Source: Bradymonadia bacterium (GTDB lineage Bacteria; Myxococcota_A; Bradymonadia; UBA7976; UBA1532). Taken from it: a stretch of 50,786 bases of DNA. Below are positions 37,823 to 46,656 of this stretch, piece after piece (position 1 is the first letter of the stretch; every line of letters begins with the position of its first letter). The stretch lies in assembly GCA_046290225.1 (NCBI GenBank), contig JBKAGE010000011.1:1-50786 (forward strand), given 5' to 3'. The notes under the pieces were generated by a model that worked only from the letters and a program-made list of their open reading frames with translations, ran no database searches and was not told the DNA's origin. Both the position numbers and the translations under genes were made by a program.

Positions 37823-38390
37823 CCAAAATACGGCAGTATCGTGTCACATGTTCGATAGCGTTCAATTGTTGAACCGAATCTCGTTCGATGGGCCAGTCTT
37901 CATCCCAATGACTTGCACCCACCCAGACCAGCAAAAATATATCGTCCGTGAAGGTGCCTTGGCTGCGAAGGTTGAAAAGAGCTTTGATGGATGCTCGAAG
38001 TGTTGCGTGGAAATGAGCGAGTGCATGTTCAGGGATCACAAGTTCTTCTGATTGGGGAGGAGCCAGATTCAAATATGTTGTCTCGTATACTGAGATGACT
38101 CGATTCGTTCTGGCAAATGGTGGCTCGTTCCACCAGTGTTTCCATTCATTGGGGAAGTACATGAAATAGTCGTAGTCACTCGACCCTTCGTGCTCCGCTA
38201 TGTCTCTCCTCATATTGGTCATGACCCATGGGAAGGGCGCTGTCGCTTCGGGGTCGAAACCCAAAGCATAGCAACAAAAGTGGTGTCCCTGCGTGCGGAG
38301 TTGGTTCACGTGGAAAAGGACATCCTCTTGGACCGCTTTCACTAGGTCATCACGTGGGGTCAGGAGCCATTGCTGGAGCGTGTTCGGCAT
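37806..38390 (-). CDS. DUF4303-like protein
   Basis: CYAL..D, Y..PNEW, AL..LR..G.F, LLVWV and SV..LN pattern; lower GC than neighbours. Confidence 0.6.
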   Translation of the reverse strand: MPNTLQQWLLTPRDDLVKAVQEDVLFHVNQLRTQGHHFCCYALGFDPEATAPFPWVMTNMRRDIAEHEGSSDYDYFMYFPNEWKHWWNEPPFARTNRVISVYETTYLNLAPPQSEELVIPEHALAHFHATLRASIKALFNLRSQGTFTDDIFLLVWVGASHWDEDWPIERDSVQQLNAIEHVTRYCRILDGEDD

Positions 38391-38438
38391 CTCGTTTATC
38401 CTCTTCAGCGCCGGTTTCGGCGACTTCCAGCTCAGCCT

Positions 38439-38795
38439 CTAGCCCAGCAGGCGCACGTTGTGCCCAGCGTTCAATTGCAGCAGCTGCTGCACAATTGAAC
38501 GCTCGGGCCACGCTTCGCTGAAGCGGCGCATGTACTTGAGGTTGCGGGGCGATAGTCCCTTCATATCGGGGAAGGCCCGTTGAAGGTCTTTTGACAGCCG
38601 GTCGATGACCTTGGCACCCCAGCCCTCAACGGCTTGTCGTTCGAGGATTGCTCGGCCCAGATCCCAGTACAGGAGGGTCAGCGCCTGGTTGGCTGCCAGG
38701 GTGGCTCGTAGCCGTGCGCCGTGGATACAGGCCTTCAGGTCGGAGAGCAGGGCGCTGTAGTTTGATGGAATGACCGGGTTGTCTGAATCGCCCAT
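38439..38795 (-). pseudogene. Truncated YhcG/DUF1016 (N-terminal domain only; PD-(D/E)XK nuclease domain missing)
   Basis: LYWDLGRAILERQ..EGWGAKVIDRLSKDL...GLSPRNLKYMRRF; stops at 118 aa just after GHNVRLL. Confidence 0.75.
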
Positions 38796-38854
38796 AATGC
38801 CTCCTCGATTGCGTCGAAGGCTAACCAGATGGCGGCTGGGCGGCAACTTGGGCG

Positions 38855-39433
38855 CTATCCGAAATAGCTCGGTGCGTTCCCCGGCTTCCACTTGATGTTG
38901 CACCCGATGCTCGGCAGCTGGTTGTCGAGGGCAGGCTGGCCTGCGAGTACAGCGTCGAGGGCGGCTCGGAGATCACCGCCATGCGCTGTACCTTTCCCGG
39001 GGCGGGTCTCGTCGAACTGACCGCGATAGACCAGCGCATGTGATGCATCGAAGACGAAGAAGTCCGGCGTGCATGCCGCGGTGTACGCCTTCGCCACCTC
39101 CTGGGATTCATCATAGAGGTAGGGGAACACATACCCCGCCGATGCTTTCTTCTCCGCCATCTTCGTCGGACCATCTTGAGGGTGTGACTCGATGCTGTTG
39201 GCGCTGATGGCCACAATGCCCAGGGTGGTCTCGGCATAGTCATGACCGAGTTTTGCCAGAGCAGCCTCGAGGTGCACGACGAAGGGGCAGTGATTGCAGA
39301 TGAACATCACCAGCAGAGGCCGCCCGGCATAATCAGAGAGGCTCACCTGATCACCTGTCGTGGTCTCGGGGAGGCTGAAGTCGGGGGCGGGGGTGCCCGG
39401 GGAGAGCATCATTGTCGAGGGGGTAAGGGCCAT
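38855..39433 (-). CDS. Thioredoxin-fold AhpC/TSA-like protein
   Basis: APDFSL, FICNHCPFV, FPYLYDESQEVAKAY.AACTPDFF and SIGCNIKW. Confidence 0.92.
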   Translation of the reverse strand: MALTPSTMMLSPGTPAPDFSLPETTTGDQVSLSDYAGRPLLVMFICNHCPFVVHLEAALAKLGHDYAETTLGIVAISANSIESHPQDGPTKMAEKKASAGYVFPYLYDESQEVAKAYTAACTPDFFVFDASHALVYRGQFDETRPGKGTAHGGDLRAALDAVLAGQPALDNQLPSIGCNIKWKPGNAPSYFG

Positions 39434-39509
39434 CGGTCATCCTGTGCGGTTGTGTGAAGACACTCTGAATGCGCAGGGAGGATGCCAGAAACCCCCGTGG
39501 GAGTGCAGA

Positions 39510-41129
39510 TTACTCGCAGGCCGTGACCTGCATACCGGCGAAGGGATCCGCACTCTCGTCGACGCCCTCGAGCGCCTCGTCGGCGAGGGGGGCCATACAC
39601 ATACCCGCCTCGACGATCAGGGGCTCATCGCTTGCCGAGGTGCTGATTGTCAGGTTGCCTTCCACCATCTGGACCTGGCCAGCGTCGAAGCTGTCCAGCA
39701 GGCGGATGCGCGGCTCGTTGGCACCGTCCACCTTGATCTGCATCCACTCCACACCCATGGCTTCATCTTCGGGCATCTCTTCGGCGAAGTCGTCGCCCTC
39801 GTCGAGCTTGGCCATGGCCTCGGCGTCCACAGTCAGGCGCAGATCGAAGGCCGGGCTCAGGGCGATCTCCACGCCGCCTTCGACAGGCTGCATCGTGCCG
39901 TTGATCTCATGATCGTGCTCAGGGTTGAAGAGCATCTCGAGGGCCTGGGTACCGTCGATGTCGAGCGTCCAGGGGGCCAGCTGCAGCCCGGAGAGCGTGA
40001 GGCGATCTTCAGCGAGCTGAGCCACGATCTCGCCGCCGATGCCGCCGATGCTCGCCTGAATGCGCTTGGGCTCTGCGGGCGCCTCCATCCCGAACTCGCG
40101 ATCGATCTCCTCAGAGGCGCCGACCTCGAGCTCCAGCTCCGAGGGCATGTCGAGCTCGATCTGGCCACCAGAGAGGCTCAGTCGGGCTTCGGCGTGTGTG
40201 CCATCGAGGCTGGCCTTGATCTGCGTGCCCGACGACACGGCCATCTTCACCAGCTCACCGTCGAACTCACCCTCGACATTTACGCCGTTGGGGGCGCCGA
40301 TGCTCAGGTGAATGGCGTCGGCGTCGTGCTGCAGAGCGGCCTCGATGCGACCCGTCAGCTCGATGGGCAGCTGCATGTCCTCACCAGAGGCGGTGCTGAG
40401 ATCGCCGAGGATGGGGGCGATGGTGCCCAGATCGATCCAGCCAGCGAGCTGATCACTGTGCAATGCTACGCCAACAGGCTGATGGCGTCCGGCGCCGAGC
40501 TGCAATGTGAGGTTGATGTCGCCCTCGGCAGGAGAGGTCATCACCACTCGAACAGGGAAGTCGGTGAACAGCTGCACACATGCCTCGTCGGGACCGGAGG
40601 AGATGATCTCGGGCTCGCCCTCTTCGCCCACAGGGACCGGACTGCGGACCTCTTCCGACTCACACAGCAGATCAGGGCCGATGCGGTACACCACTGAGCG
40701 ACCGTTGTCCGACTCAAGCTCTGCCTTCTCCTGCAACTCGGCGAGCATCTCGTCGATGCCCTGGGCCATACCGTCGAGATCGGCCCGCTCCAGAGCGCAC
40801 ATGGTGTCGAACTCTTCGTCGACAGGCTCGCCATTCTCGTCCAAGCCGACACCGACAGAGGCATCGCAGCTCAGCTCATCGAGGGCCCCGAGCAGCAGCC
40901 TCAAACTTTCACCACGGCCTTCGTCGAGACCATTGGACATGGCCCGGAGCTGGTCGAGGACGTCTGCGGTGGCGGTGGTGGCGCCGTGGGCGTTGGCGCT
41001 GGCCTGAGGCCGGGCCTCTGCCGCGGTGATGGGCGCGCCGGAAGACGATTCGTCTTCAGCGCCACAGCCGGCGATGGCGAGGGCGGTGAGGGTTGCAGGG
41101 GCTAGGCCGCGAATCAGGGGGCGCTTCAT
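39510..41129 (-). CDS. Acidic lipoprotein of unknown function
   Basis: GGAGGAG RBS before ATG 41129; lipobox IAGC; beta-rich acidic body. Confidence 0.75.
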   Translation of the reverse strand: MKRPLIRGLAPATLTALAIAGCGAEDESSSGAPITAAEARPQASANAHGATTATADVLDQLRAMSNGLDEGRGESLRLLLGALDELSCDASVGVGLDENGEPVDEEFDTMCALERADLDGMAQGIDEMLAELQEKAELESDNGRSVVYRIGPDLLCESEEVRSPVPVGEEGEPEIISSGPDEACVQLFTDFPVRVVMTSPAEGDINLTLQLGAGRHQPVGVALHSDQLAGWIDLGTIAPILGDLSTASGEDMQLPIELTGRIEAALQHDADAIHLSIGAPNGVNVEGEFDGELVKMAVSSGTQIKASLDGTHAEARLSLSGGQIELDMPSELELEVGASEEIDREFGMEAPAEPKRIQASIGGIGGEIVAQLAEDRLTLSGLQLAPWTLDIDGTQALEMLFNPEHDHEINGTMQPVEGGVEIALSPAFDLRLTVDAEAMAKLDEGDDFAEEMPEDEAMGVEWMQIKVDGANEPRIRLLDSFDAGQVQMVEGNLTISTSASDEPLIVEAGMCMAPLADEALEGVDESADPFAGMQVTACE

Positions 41130-41175
41130 CGAATCTCCTCCACGAGATGTATGTGAACAGTCGGCGGCTCCCTTC

Positions 41176-41192
41176 CGCATGGCCCGTGCCAA
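41176..41192 (-). promoter_or_regulatory. Sigma54 -24/-12 promoter
   Basis: Minus strand TTGGCACGGGCCATGCG (GG-N10-GC), about 47 nt upstream of ATG 41129. Confidence 0.7.
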
Positions 41193-41410
41193 AGGTGAGG
41201 AGGGCGGCAAAACGGCCTGAACACATAGATGTCGGATCGAAGATGTGTGGGCTGGCGGCACGCATGTGAAGGATGGGCTACAGGTCATGTGTGACCCACG
41301 GGGCAGGCCACTCTGATGACCTCATGGCGCAAGGTTGGGTGACATTTAAGTCAACAACGGCGATGTAGATCCCACGAAGAGGCACCCACGCAAAACGGAG
41401 AAGCGCGAGG

Positions 41411-42934
41411 ATGAGCCGATTGAATCCCTGGCCGATGATCGCGGCCATGGCCCTGATGGGATGTGTAGAGAACGCTGACGAGACTGGGAGTGATCCCACA
41501 CCAGACATGATGATGGCCGCCCCTGATGCGGCTTCTGGCGGCGCTGGAGGTGGTGCCGGGGGTATGGGTGGTGCTGCAGGTGAGGGGGGCGCGATGCCCG
41601 ACGCGGCGTTGCCTGATGCTGCGGGCGGTGCTGGGGGCGAGATGCCCGACATGATGCCGCCACCGAATGATTCATGCCCCGAGGCCTGTGAGCGCATTGT
41701 GTCGTGCACAGTGCAATTGTGCCCTGGCGCCGATGACCTCGATCTCGACGCCCTCGACGCCAGTTGCCAGAACGTCTGCGCCGACAACCCCTCGGTGGCT
41801 GTGGTGGTGAATGGCTCTGATGCCTGCGCTGATGTGGTGGGTTTTGCCTCTGGGCAAGGCCTGGACGATGCCTACGAGGCGGCCTGCACCCCAGATCTGC
41901 CCCCGCCTGATCCGATGTCGTGTCCATATGAGTGCGCCGAGAGCGAGCGCTGTATCGGCGGGCGTTGCCTACGAGAAGACGGCACCTGCGACACTGACTA
42001 TCACTGTGAGGCAGAGACACAGACATGCCGTGAGGGTCAGTGTCGACCGGCTCAGTTCGCCCGCTGCCAAGGGGCGGATGACTGTGACGAGGGCCAACGC
42101 TGTGAGCGCTTCGGGATGGGGAACCTGCAGCCGGGCTACTGCGTGATCGAGTGTGCCCGCAATGAAGACTGTCCCATCAACGAGAGCTGCACGCAGGGAT
42201 ACTGCAACTACACTTACTGCGGCATGGTGCTGGCGAACGGTCAGGTGAACAGCGAGTGCACGATCAATGACAGCCCTGGGGCGTGCTTCCCGCTGCCCCT
42301 CGGTGATCCGGCGAACCCCACGAACTTCGGCATCTGCATCGAAGGCGGCACTGCCCTCGAAGGAGAGACCTGTGATGCTCAGGCGGAAGCCCGAGACGAA
42401 GCAGAGACTGCCCTGCGGTGTGCTGCGGGCAGCTTCTGTTTTGGTGATCCGGATGATCCGCTACAGCCCGGGGCACCTCAGGATGGTCGAGGCGAATGCG
42501 CGGCGCTGTGCAATCCGCTGGCGGCGAACACCTGCGCTGAGGGGCGCACCTGCGTGAACTTCAGCAACGGCGACGATCCGACGACGCCGGGTTATGACGA
42601 GACCCGCGTGCTGGGCATCTGCCTGGAGGCAGACTGCTCGGTTGTGGGCGAGGAGAGCTGTGAAGAGGGCGGCACGTGCCGCCCGCTCACCATACTGATC
42701 GAAGAGGGCCAGTGCGGGCCTGCCGGTGCATCGCCCTTCGGTGGGCCCTGCGAGACCGCTGAAGACTGTGCTGATGGCTTCTGCAACGATCTCGGAGACG
42801 GCACACTGGTGTGTATGGATTACTGTGAGCTGGGGGCTGAGAGCTGTGGCCCGAACTCGGTGTGTTTCGAGCAGCCTGGCTGGGCGTGGGGGATCTGTTT
42901 CCCTGTCCCTGAGATGGAGATGGGTGAGGAGTAA
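41411..42934 (+). CDS. Cys-rich acidic lipoprotein with a Gly-rich linker
   Basis: Lipobox LMGC; many CxxxxDC..GxxC modules. Confidence 0.8.
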   Translation: MSRLNPWPMIAAMALMGCVENADETGSDPTPDMMMAAPDAASGGAGGGAGGMGGAAGEGGAMPDAALPDAAGGAGGEMPDMMPPPNDSCPEACERIVSCTVQLCPGADDLDLDALDASCQNVCADNPSVAVVVNGSDACADVVGFASGQGLDDAYEAACTPDLPPPDPMSCPYECAESERCIGGRCLREDGTCDTDYHCEAETQTCREGQCRPAQFARCQGADDCDEGQRCERFGMGNLQPGYCVIECARNEDCPINESCTQGYCNYTYCGMVLANGQVNSECTINDSPGACFPLPLGDPANPTNFGICIEGGTALEGETCDAQAEARDEAETALRCAAGSFCFGDPDDPLQPGAPQDGRGECAALCNPLAANTCAEGRTCVNFSNGDDPTTPGYDETRVLGICLEADCSVVGEESCEEGGTCRPLTILIEEGQCGPAGASPFGGPCETAEDCADGFCNDLGDGTLVCMDYCELGAESCGPNSVCFEQPGWAWGICFPVPEMEMGEE

Positions 42935-42938
42935 GGGT

Positions 42939-43715
42939 CTACAGCGTTTGGGCGGCACCACCGAGGACCTTCCATGTGCGGTTGTGCTGCACATAGATCA
43001 CTGCGGTGAGTCCCTTGGTATCGACGCCATCAGGCAGCCGAGCCTTGATGGTGCCTTTGCTCTGTGCTGAGTCGGTGCCGAGGGCCCGGACGACGTGACC
43101 ATGAGTGAGGGTGCGGCCATGGTTCTCACCGGCGCCGATCTCTGACGTCAGGCCGCCTTCGGTGACGGCAAGCAAGACTTTGCTGCCCTCAGGTACTGTG
43201 TCGAGGCTGTATTGCGCTGTCACTGTTCGGCCCTGTGAGGCAAGGGCGCCGATCTTCACTTTGACCTGGGCGGGGGACTTGAGGGCTTCTGAAAGCGCAG
43301 CCCGTGCCTTGCCCGCACTCGAACCTACAAACTCGCGCTGTCCGTTTACGACCATCTGCGGGGTGTAGATGCGCCGACTGCCCCGGCTGGCTGCAAACTG
43401 ATTTTGTCTCTGAGTCCACGCTTTGTGGCTGAACGGGTCGTCCCAGCCGATGTAATTCCAATAGTCTACGTGGAAGGCCAGGGGGAATACTGGCAGCCCT
43501 TTGGCCCTGGCCTCGCGGCCCATGGCGTCGAGTACAGCGTCGGCGGGTGGGCAGCTGCTGCAGCCTTCGGATGTATAGAGCTCGACAACTGCAACGGCCT
43601 CACTGTTGGCCTTGGCGGGCAACAGGTTGCTGGCGTCCGCGTGGCTTTCGGTGATGGCTGCAGAGAGAATCCCGAGACTGAGGGCGGCGGCAGAGACGAG
43701 AAGGAAGGTGCGCAT
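42939..43715 (-). CDS. DUF1223 family exported thioredoxin-like protein
   Basis: VELYTSEGCSSCPPAD, FHVDYWNYIGWDDPF, YTPQMVVNG and GENHGRTL. Confidence 0.92.
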   Translation of the reverse strand: MRTFLLVSAAALSLGILSAAITESHADASNLLPAKANSEAVAVVELYTSEGCSSCPPADAVLDAMGREARAKGLPVFPLAFHVDYWNYIGWDDPFSHKAWTQRQNQFAASRGSRRIYTPQMVVNGQREFVGSSAGKARAALSEALKSPAQVKVKIGALASQGRTVTAQYSLDTVPEGSKVLLAVTEGGLTSEIGAGENHGRTLTHGHVVRALGTDSAQSKGTIKARLPDGVDTKGLTAVIYVQHNRTWKVLGGAAQTL

Positions 43716-43747
43716 GATACAGACTCCTTGGGTGGGGTTCGTATCTG

Positions 43748-43775
43748 TTTACGTAGGGGGTGGGGGGATGTTGCA
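43748..43775 (-). promoter_or_regulatory. Putative ECF-sigma promoter of the DUF1223 gene
   Basis: Minus strand TGCAAC-N16-CGTAAA, about 33 nt before the AAGGAG-ATG. Confidence 0.5.
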
Positions 43776-43795
43776 GAGGGTTTTTAAGAGAGTTT

Positions 43796-43813
43796 CGGGC
43801 ACGGGCACGGGCA
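43796..43813. repeat. (CGGGCA)x3 tandem hexamer
   Basis: Read directly; flanked on both sides by GAGTTT. Confidence 0.7.
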
Positions 43814-43928
43814 CGAGTTTTACGCGACCTGACAGTGCAGTCTGAGGCTGCACATCTTGGAGGTGGGTGCGCTAGGCGTTGCTCGATTAGCCAGGTGCCC
43901 TATGCGATTGGGAGGTTGTTGTGTACGT

Positions 43929-44098
43929 GCTCCGCGGAGCCCCGGAGGTGGCGACAGTCGTCGTGAGGGTGGGGAGTGCGTGTGCAGATGCGGGCTTTCA
44001 CCCGCAGGCGCAGCAGCGCTGCGTCGAGGACGGAAAGGTCGTAGCTGTGCGCGTAATCGCCGCCCTCACGATGACTGGCGTCGCCGGAGGGGCGGAGC
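43929..44098 (+). ncRNA. Candidate structured RNA or palindromic element (long rod hairpin)
   Basis: Six nested stems with about 9 G-U pairs and no A-C pairs on the + strand; see findings. Confidence 0.55.
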
Positions 44099-44099
44099 C

Positions 44100-46547
44100 T
44101 CAGTAACCCGAGCGGCTCAGGGTATCGAGCCAGTAGAAGTGCCAGTCCAGGACCGGCTCGTCGGGCACACCGAAGAGCCAGCGGGTGAAGCGACCCATGC
44201 TGCTGGGCTTGAGCTGAGTCCAGCGGAAGTGATCGTTGGCCCGGGTGCCCATCCAGATGCCGAAGATGCTGCTCTCCGTCGCCACGACGCCGTCGTTCTC
44301 GCCCTCATTGTCGCGCACGATGCGGAAGGGGAGGAGCAGCTCCGTGGCCAGGGTGTCACCGCAGGAGCCGGTGACGCAGCTCTGGGCGCTCCAGGAGAAG
44401 AAGGTGGGACCGCGGCGGGTCGGTGCCGGCAGCTTGGGCTGACCGTTGGCATCGGTGGAGGGCAGATCAGCCTCGTCGAGGCCCAGCTCGGCGCGGCAGG
44501 TGGAATCCTGCGCACACTGCCAGGTGTACTTGCGCTCGGGGACCGGCTCCAGGTGGGCGCTCATCACATCTTCACAGTACTCCACCGAGAGGGCGTAGAA
44601 GGTGTCGATGAGAGCCTGGGTGTCCTCAGGGCTCAGACCCATCACCAGCTTCACCACCTTGCGGAAGGCCCAGTTGAGGAAGTCGCGGTTGAGCTGGCGC
44701 ATGCCCCAACTCGCGAAGCTCGAGCCACAGTGAGGCGTCGACAGCGTCGTCACCGAGACCACCCGATCACGCCATTGGATCACCACACCGTCATCGTCGG
44801 TGAGGCAGCAGGCTTCGGGCTCGCCGTCAGCATCGGTGCAGCAGTACTGCGAGTTCGGAGCAGCGTCGTCGGGGGCACACATCTGCACCTGGTGGCACTG
44901 ATCGTTGTTGTACTTGGGGTGGTTGAGCAGGAAGCGGTTGTCGAGGCCACCCATGGAGTGGGCGATGACATTCAGACGCATGTACGCCTCGTTCGCCGCA
45001 GGGGGGATGTTGTCCGCCTTCAGCCGGGCGAGGAAGTCGGTCATGTTGCGGCGCAGGTGCTCTGCGCGGACCGGCACGGGCTGGTAACCGGGGACCGAGT
45101 CGGCGTAGACCCAACCGTGGGGCTCCTTCCAACCATCCTGATCTTCGTCAGCGGCGTCGTCGAAGAACACCGTGCTCTGCCAGCGATCGTCGTTGGCGAG
45201 GCTGTCGATGAAGTAGGTCCAGCTGACGCGGCTCGTGTTGAAGCCGTGGGCCAAGTAGATCGGGTACTTGGTGATCTGGCTCTTGGGGCTGCAGGTGCCC
45301 TCGCAGGTCACCTTCAGGTCGTAGAGAGAAGACTCATCCACGTCGATGTGCAGCGGGCGGTAGTACGTGATCAGCGCGTCGCCGTTCTCGACGGGCACGA
45401 TGGCGTCGTCCTTGATGTAGGCCGGCACCATGCAGTTGTGCAGGTCGGGATCTGCATCGCAGCTGCCGTCCTTGGTGAGGGTGATCTCCTCGCCGTTGTG
45501 GACCTCGGGCACCAAGGCCACCAGCGCAGCATCCATAAGATCGTCGCCGCTCAGCGAGAGCAGCTTGCCGTCGCCCGATACCGACTCGAGGATGTGGAAG
45601 GTCTCCTGAGCACCGGGGTTGTCGGGATCGATGAGGGTGGTGATGCCCTCGTAGGGCTCGTTGAAGAGGCCCAGGCGGAGATCGCCGCCGTCCTTGGAGA
45701 TGAACCAGGTCGAGCGGGACCAGGCCTCGGGGCTGTACCAGTCGAGCTCGCCGTCGGGGCCCTCGGCCCAGATGATGCCGTCGTTGGCCTCCGGATCGTA
45801 GTCAGGGGCGTTGACGGGGTTGGCGATGGGACGCTTCTCGACGATCTCGTCCTGGGCGTTGGCAAAGCCCAGAGACAAGATCTCAGCGCCGTCAGGGCCC
45901 TGCTCGGAGACGATGTAGACCCGCTCCTCTTCGTGGAAGCCCTCTTCGTCCTCATAGCGGACGATCGCCTGGTGGCCGGGGTAGCGGGGGAGGAAGCCCT
46001 GACCCGTCTCAGGGCCCACCACCAGGGCGTACTGGCCATACTCGCGGGTGTTGAGGTTCACCTTCACCGTGCCGTTCTCGGCCACGGCCGGCGCCGGCTT
46101 GCCCCAGCTGCCATCGGCGAGGCGAGGACCGAAGACCCAAACCGCCGCCGTGTTTGCCATCCGGGCGTCTTCAGTCTTCAGCTCCACCGTGTAAGTGGCC
46201 TGGCCGTAAGAGGCGAAGGGGAACACGTGCCAGCGGCGGCTGCGATGGCTGAAGGTCTGAGCGCGGCGCTCTGCAACGGGGTTGCCCGAGAGGTCGAGCC
46301 GATCGCGCAGCACGAAGCGGGGGTGGTTGTGCAGCGCCTCCACCTCTTCAGGGCGGAGGTTGTCCGCGAGGTCGGTCGAGTCGGCCTTTGCCGAGGGCGT
46401 TGGCGGTGCGCTCGCGCCCGGTCCAGGCGTCGGCGCGCCCTGATCGTCGGCCTCCTGGCCACAACCAGCCACAGTGGCCAGTAGAGTGGCCATCAACACC
46501 AGCGGGCGTCCCGCGGTGCGCATCAAACTCGAACTCTTCGTGGACAT
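44100..46547 (-). CDS. Large lipoprotein with a C-terminal lipase/esterase (alpha/beta hydrolase) domain
   Basis: Lipobox VAGC; oxyanion LAHGF; nucleophile AHSMGG; LSTPHCGS; NDGVV; DHF. Start is ATG 46547 after GGAGG. Confidence 0.85.
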   Translation of the reverse strand: MSTKSSSLMRTAGRPLVLMATLLATVAGCGQEADDQGAPTPGPGASAPPTPSAKADSTDLADNLRPEEVEALHNHPRFVLRDRLDLSGNPVAERRAQTFSHRSRRWHVFPFASYGQATYTVELKTEDARMANTAAVWVFGPRLADGSWGKPAPAVAENGTVKVNLNTREYGQYALVVGPETGQGFLPRYPGHQAIVRYEDEEGFHEEERVYIVSEQGPDGAEILSLGFANAQDEIVEKRPIANPVNAPDYDPEANDGIIWAEGPDGELDWYSPEAWSRSTWFISKDGGDLRLGLFNEPYEGITTLIDPDNPGAQETFHILESVSGDGKLLSLSGDDLMDAALVALVPEVHNGEEITLTKDGSCDADPDLHNCMVPAYIKDDAIVPVENGDALITYYRPLHIDVDESSLYDLKVTCEGTCSPKSQITKYPIYLAHGFNTSRVSWTYFIDSLANDDRWQSTVFFDDAADEDQDGWKEPHGWVYADSVPGYQPVPVRAEHLRRNMTDFLARLKADNIPPAANEAYMRLNVIAHSMGGLDNRFLLNHPKYNNDQCHQVQMCAPDDAAPNSQYCCTDADGEPEACCLTDDDGVVIQWRDRVVSVTTLSTPHCGSSFASWGMRQLNRDFLNWAFRKVVKLVMGLSPEDTQALIDTFYALSVEYCEDVMSAHLEPVPERKYTWQCAQDSTCRAELGLDEADLPSTDANGQPKLPAPTRRGPTFFSWSAQSCVTGSCGDTLATELLLPFRIVRDNEGENDGVVATESSIFGIWMGTRANDHFRWTQLKPSSMGRFTRWLFGVPDEPVLDWHFYWLDTLSRSGY

Positions 46548-46624
46548 TGGGTTTTCCTCCCCCTGAGCGCCATCTTCCACCTGGCGACCAGAGCAGCCAT
46601 ATCGTTGCCTCGACATATGGTCTC

Positions 46625-46641
46625 CGCAAAGTGCGTGCCGG
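46625..46641 (-). promoter_or_regulatory. Sigma54 -24/-12 promoter
   Basis: Minus strand CCGGCACGCACTTTGCG (GG-N10-GC, GGCACG and TTGC), upstream of the lipase gene. Confidence 0.7.
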
Positions 46642-46656
46642 ATTGTCGAGTCGCTC

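Noticed and set aside
43914..44108. Rod hairpin as an integron attC site, 6S RNA or SRP RNA
   Set aside because: GTT/AAC polarity is opposite to attC and no integrase is present; there is no large central bubble or zapA/ygfA context for 6S; there is no SRP domain IV motif.
43857..46484. 875-aa + strand ORF and similar long antisense ORFs (e.g. 39360-40697, 15558-16682, 11901-12938)
   Set aside because: Shadow frames opposite GC3-rich real genes, with no motifs.
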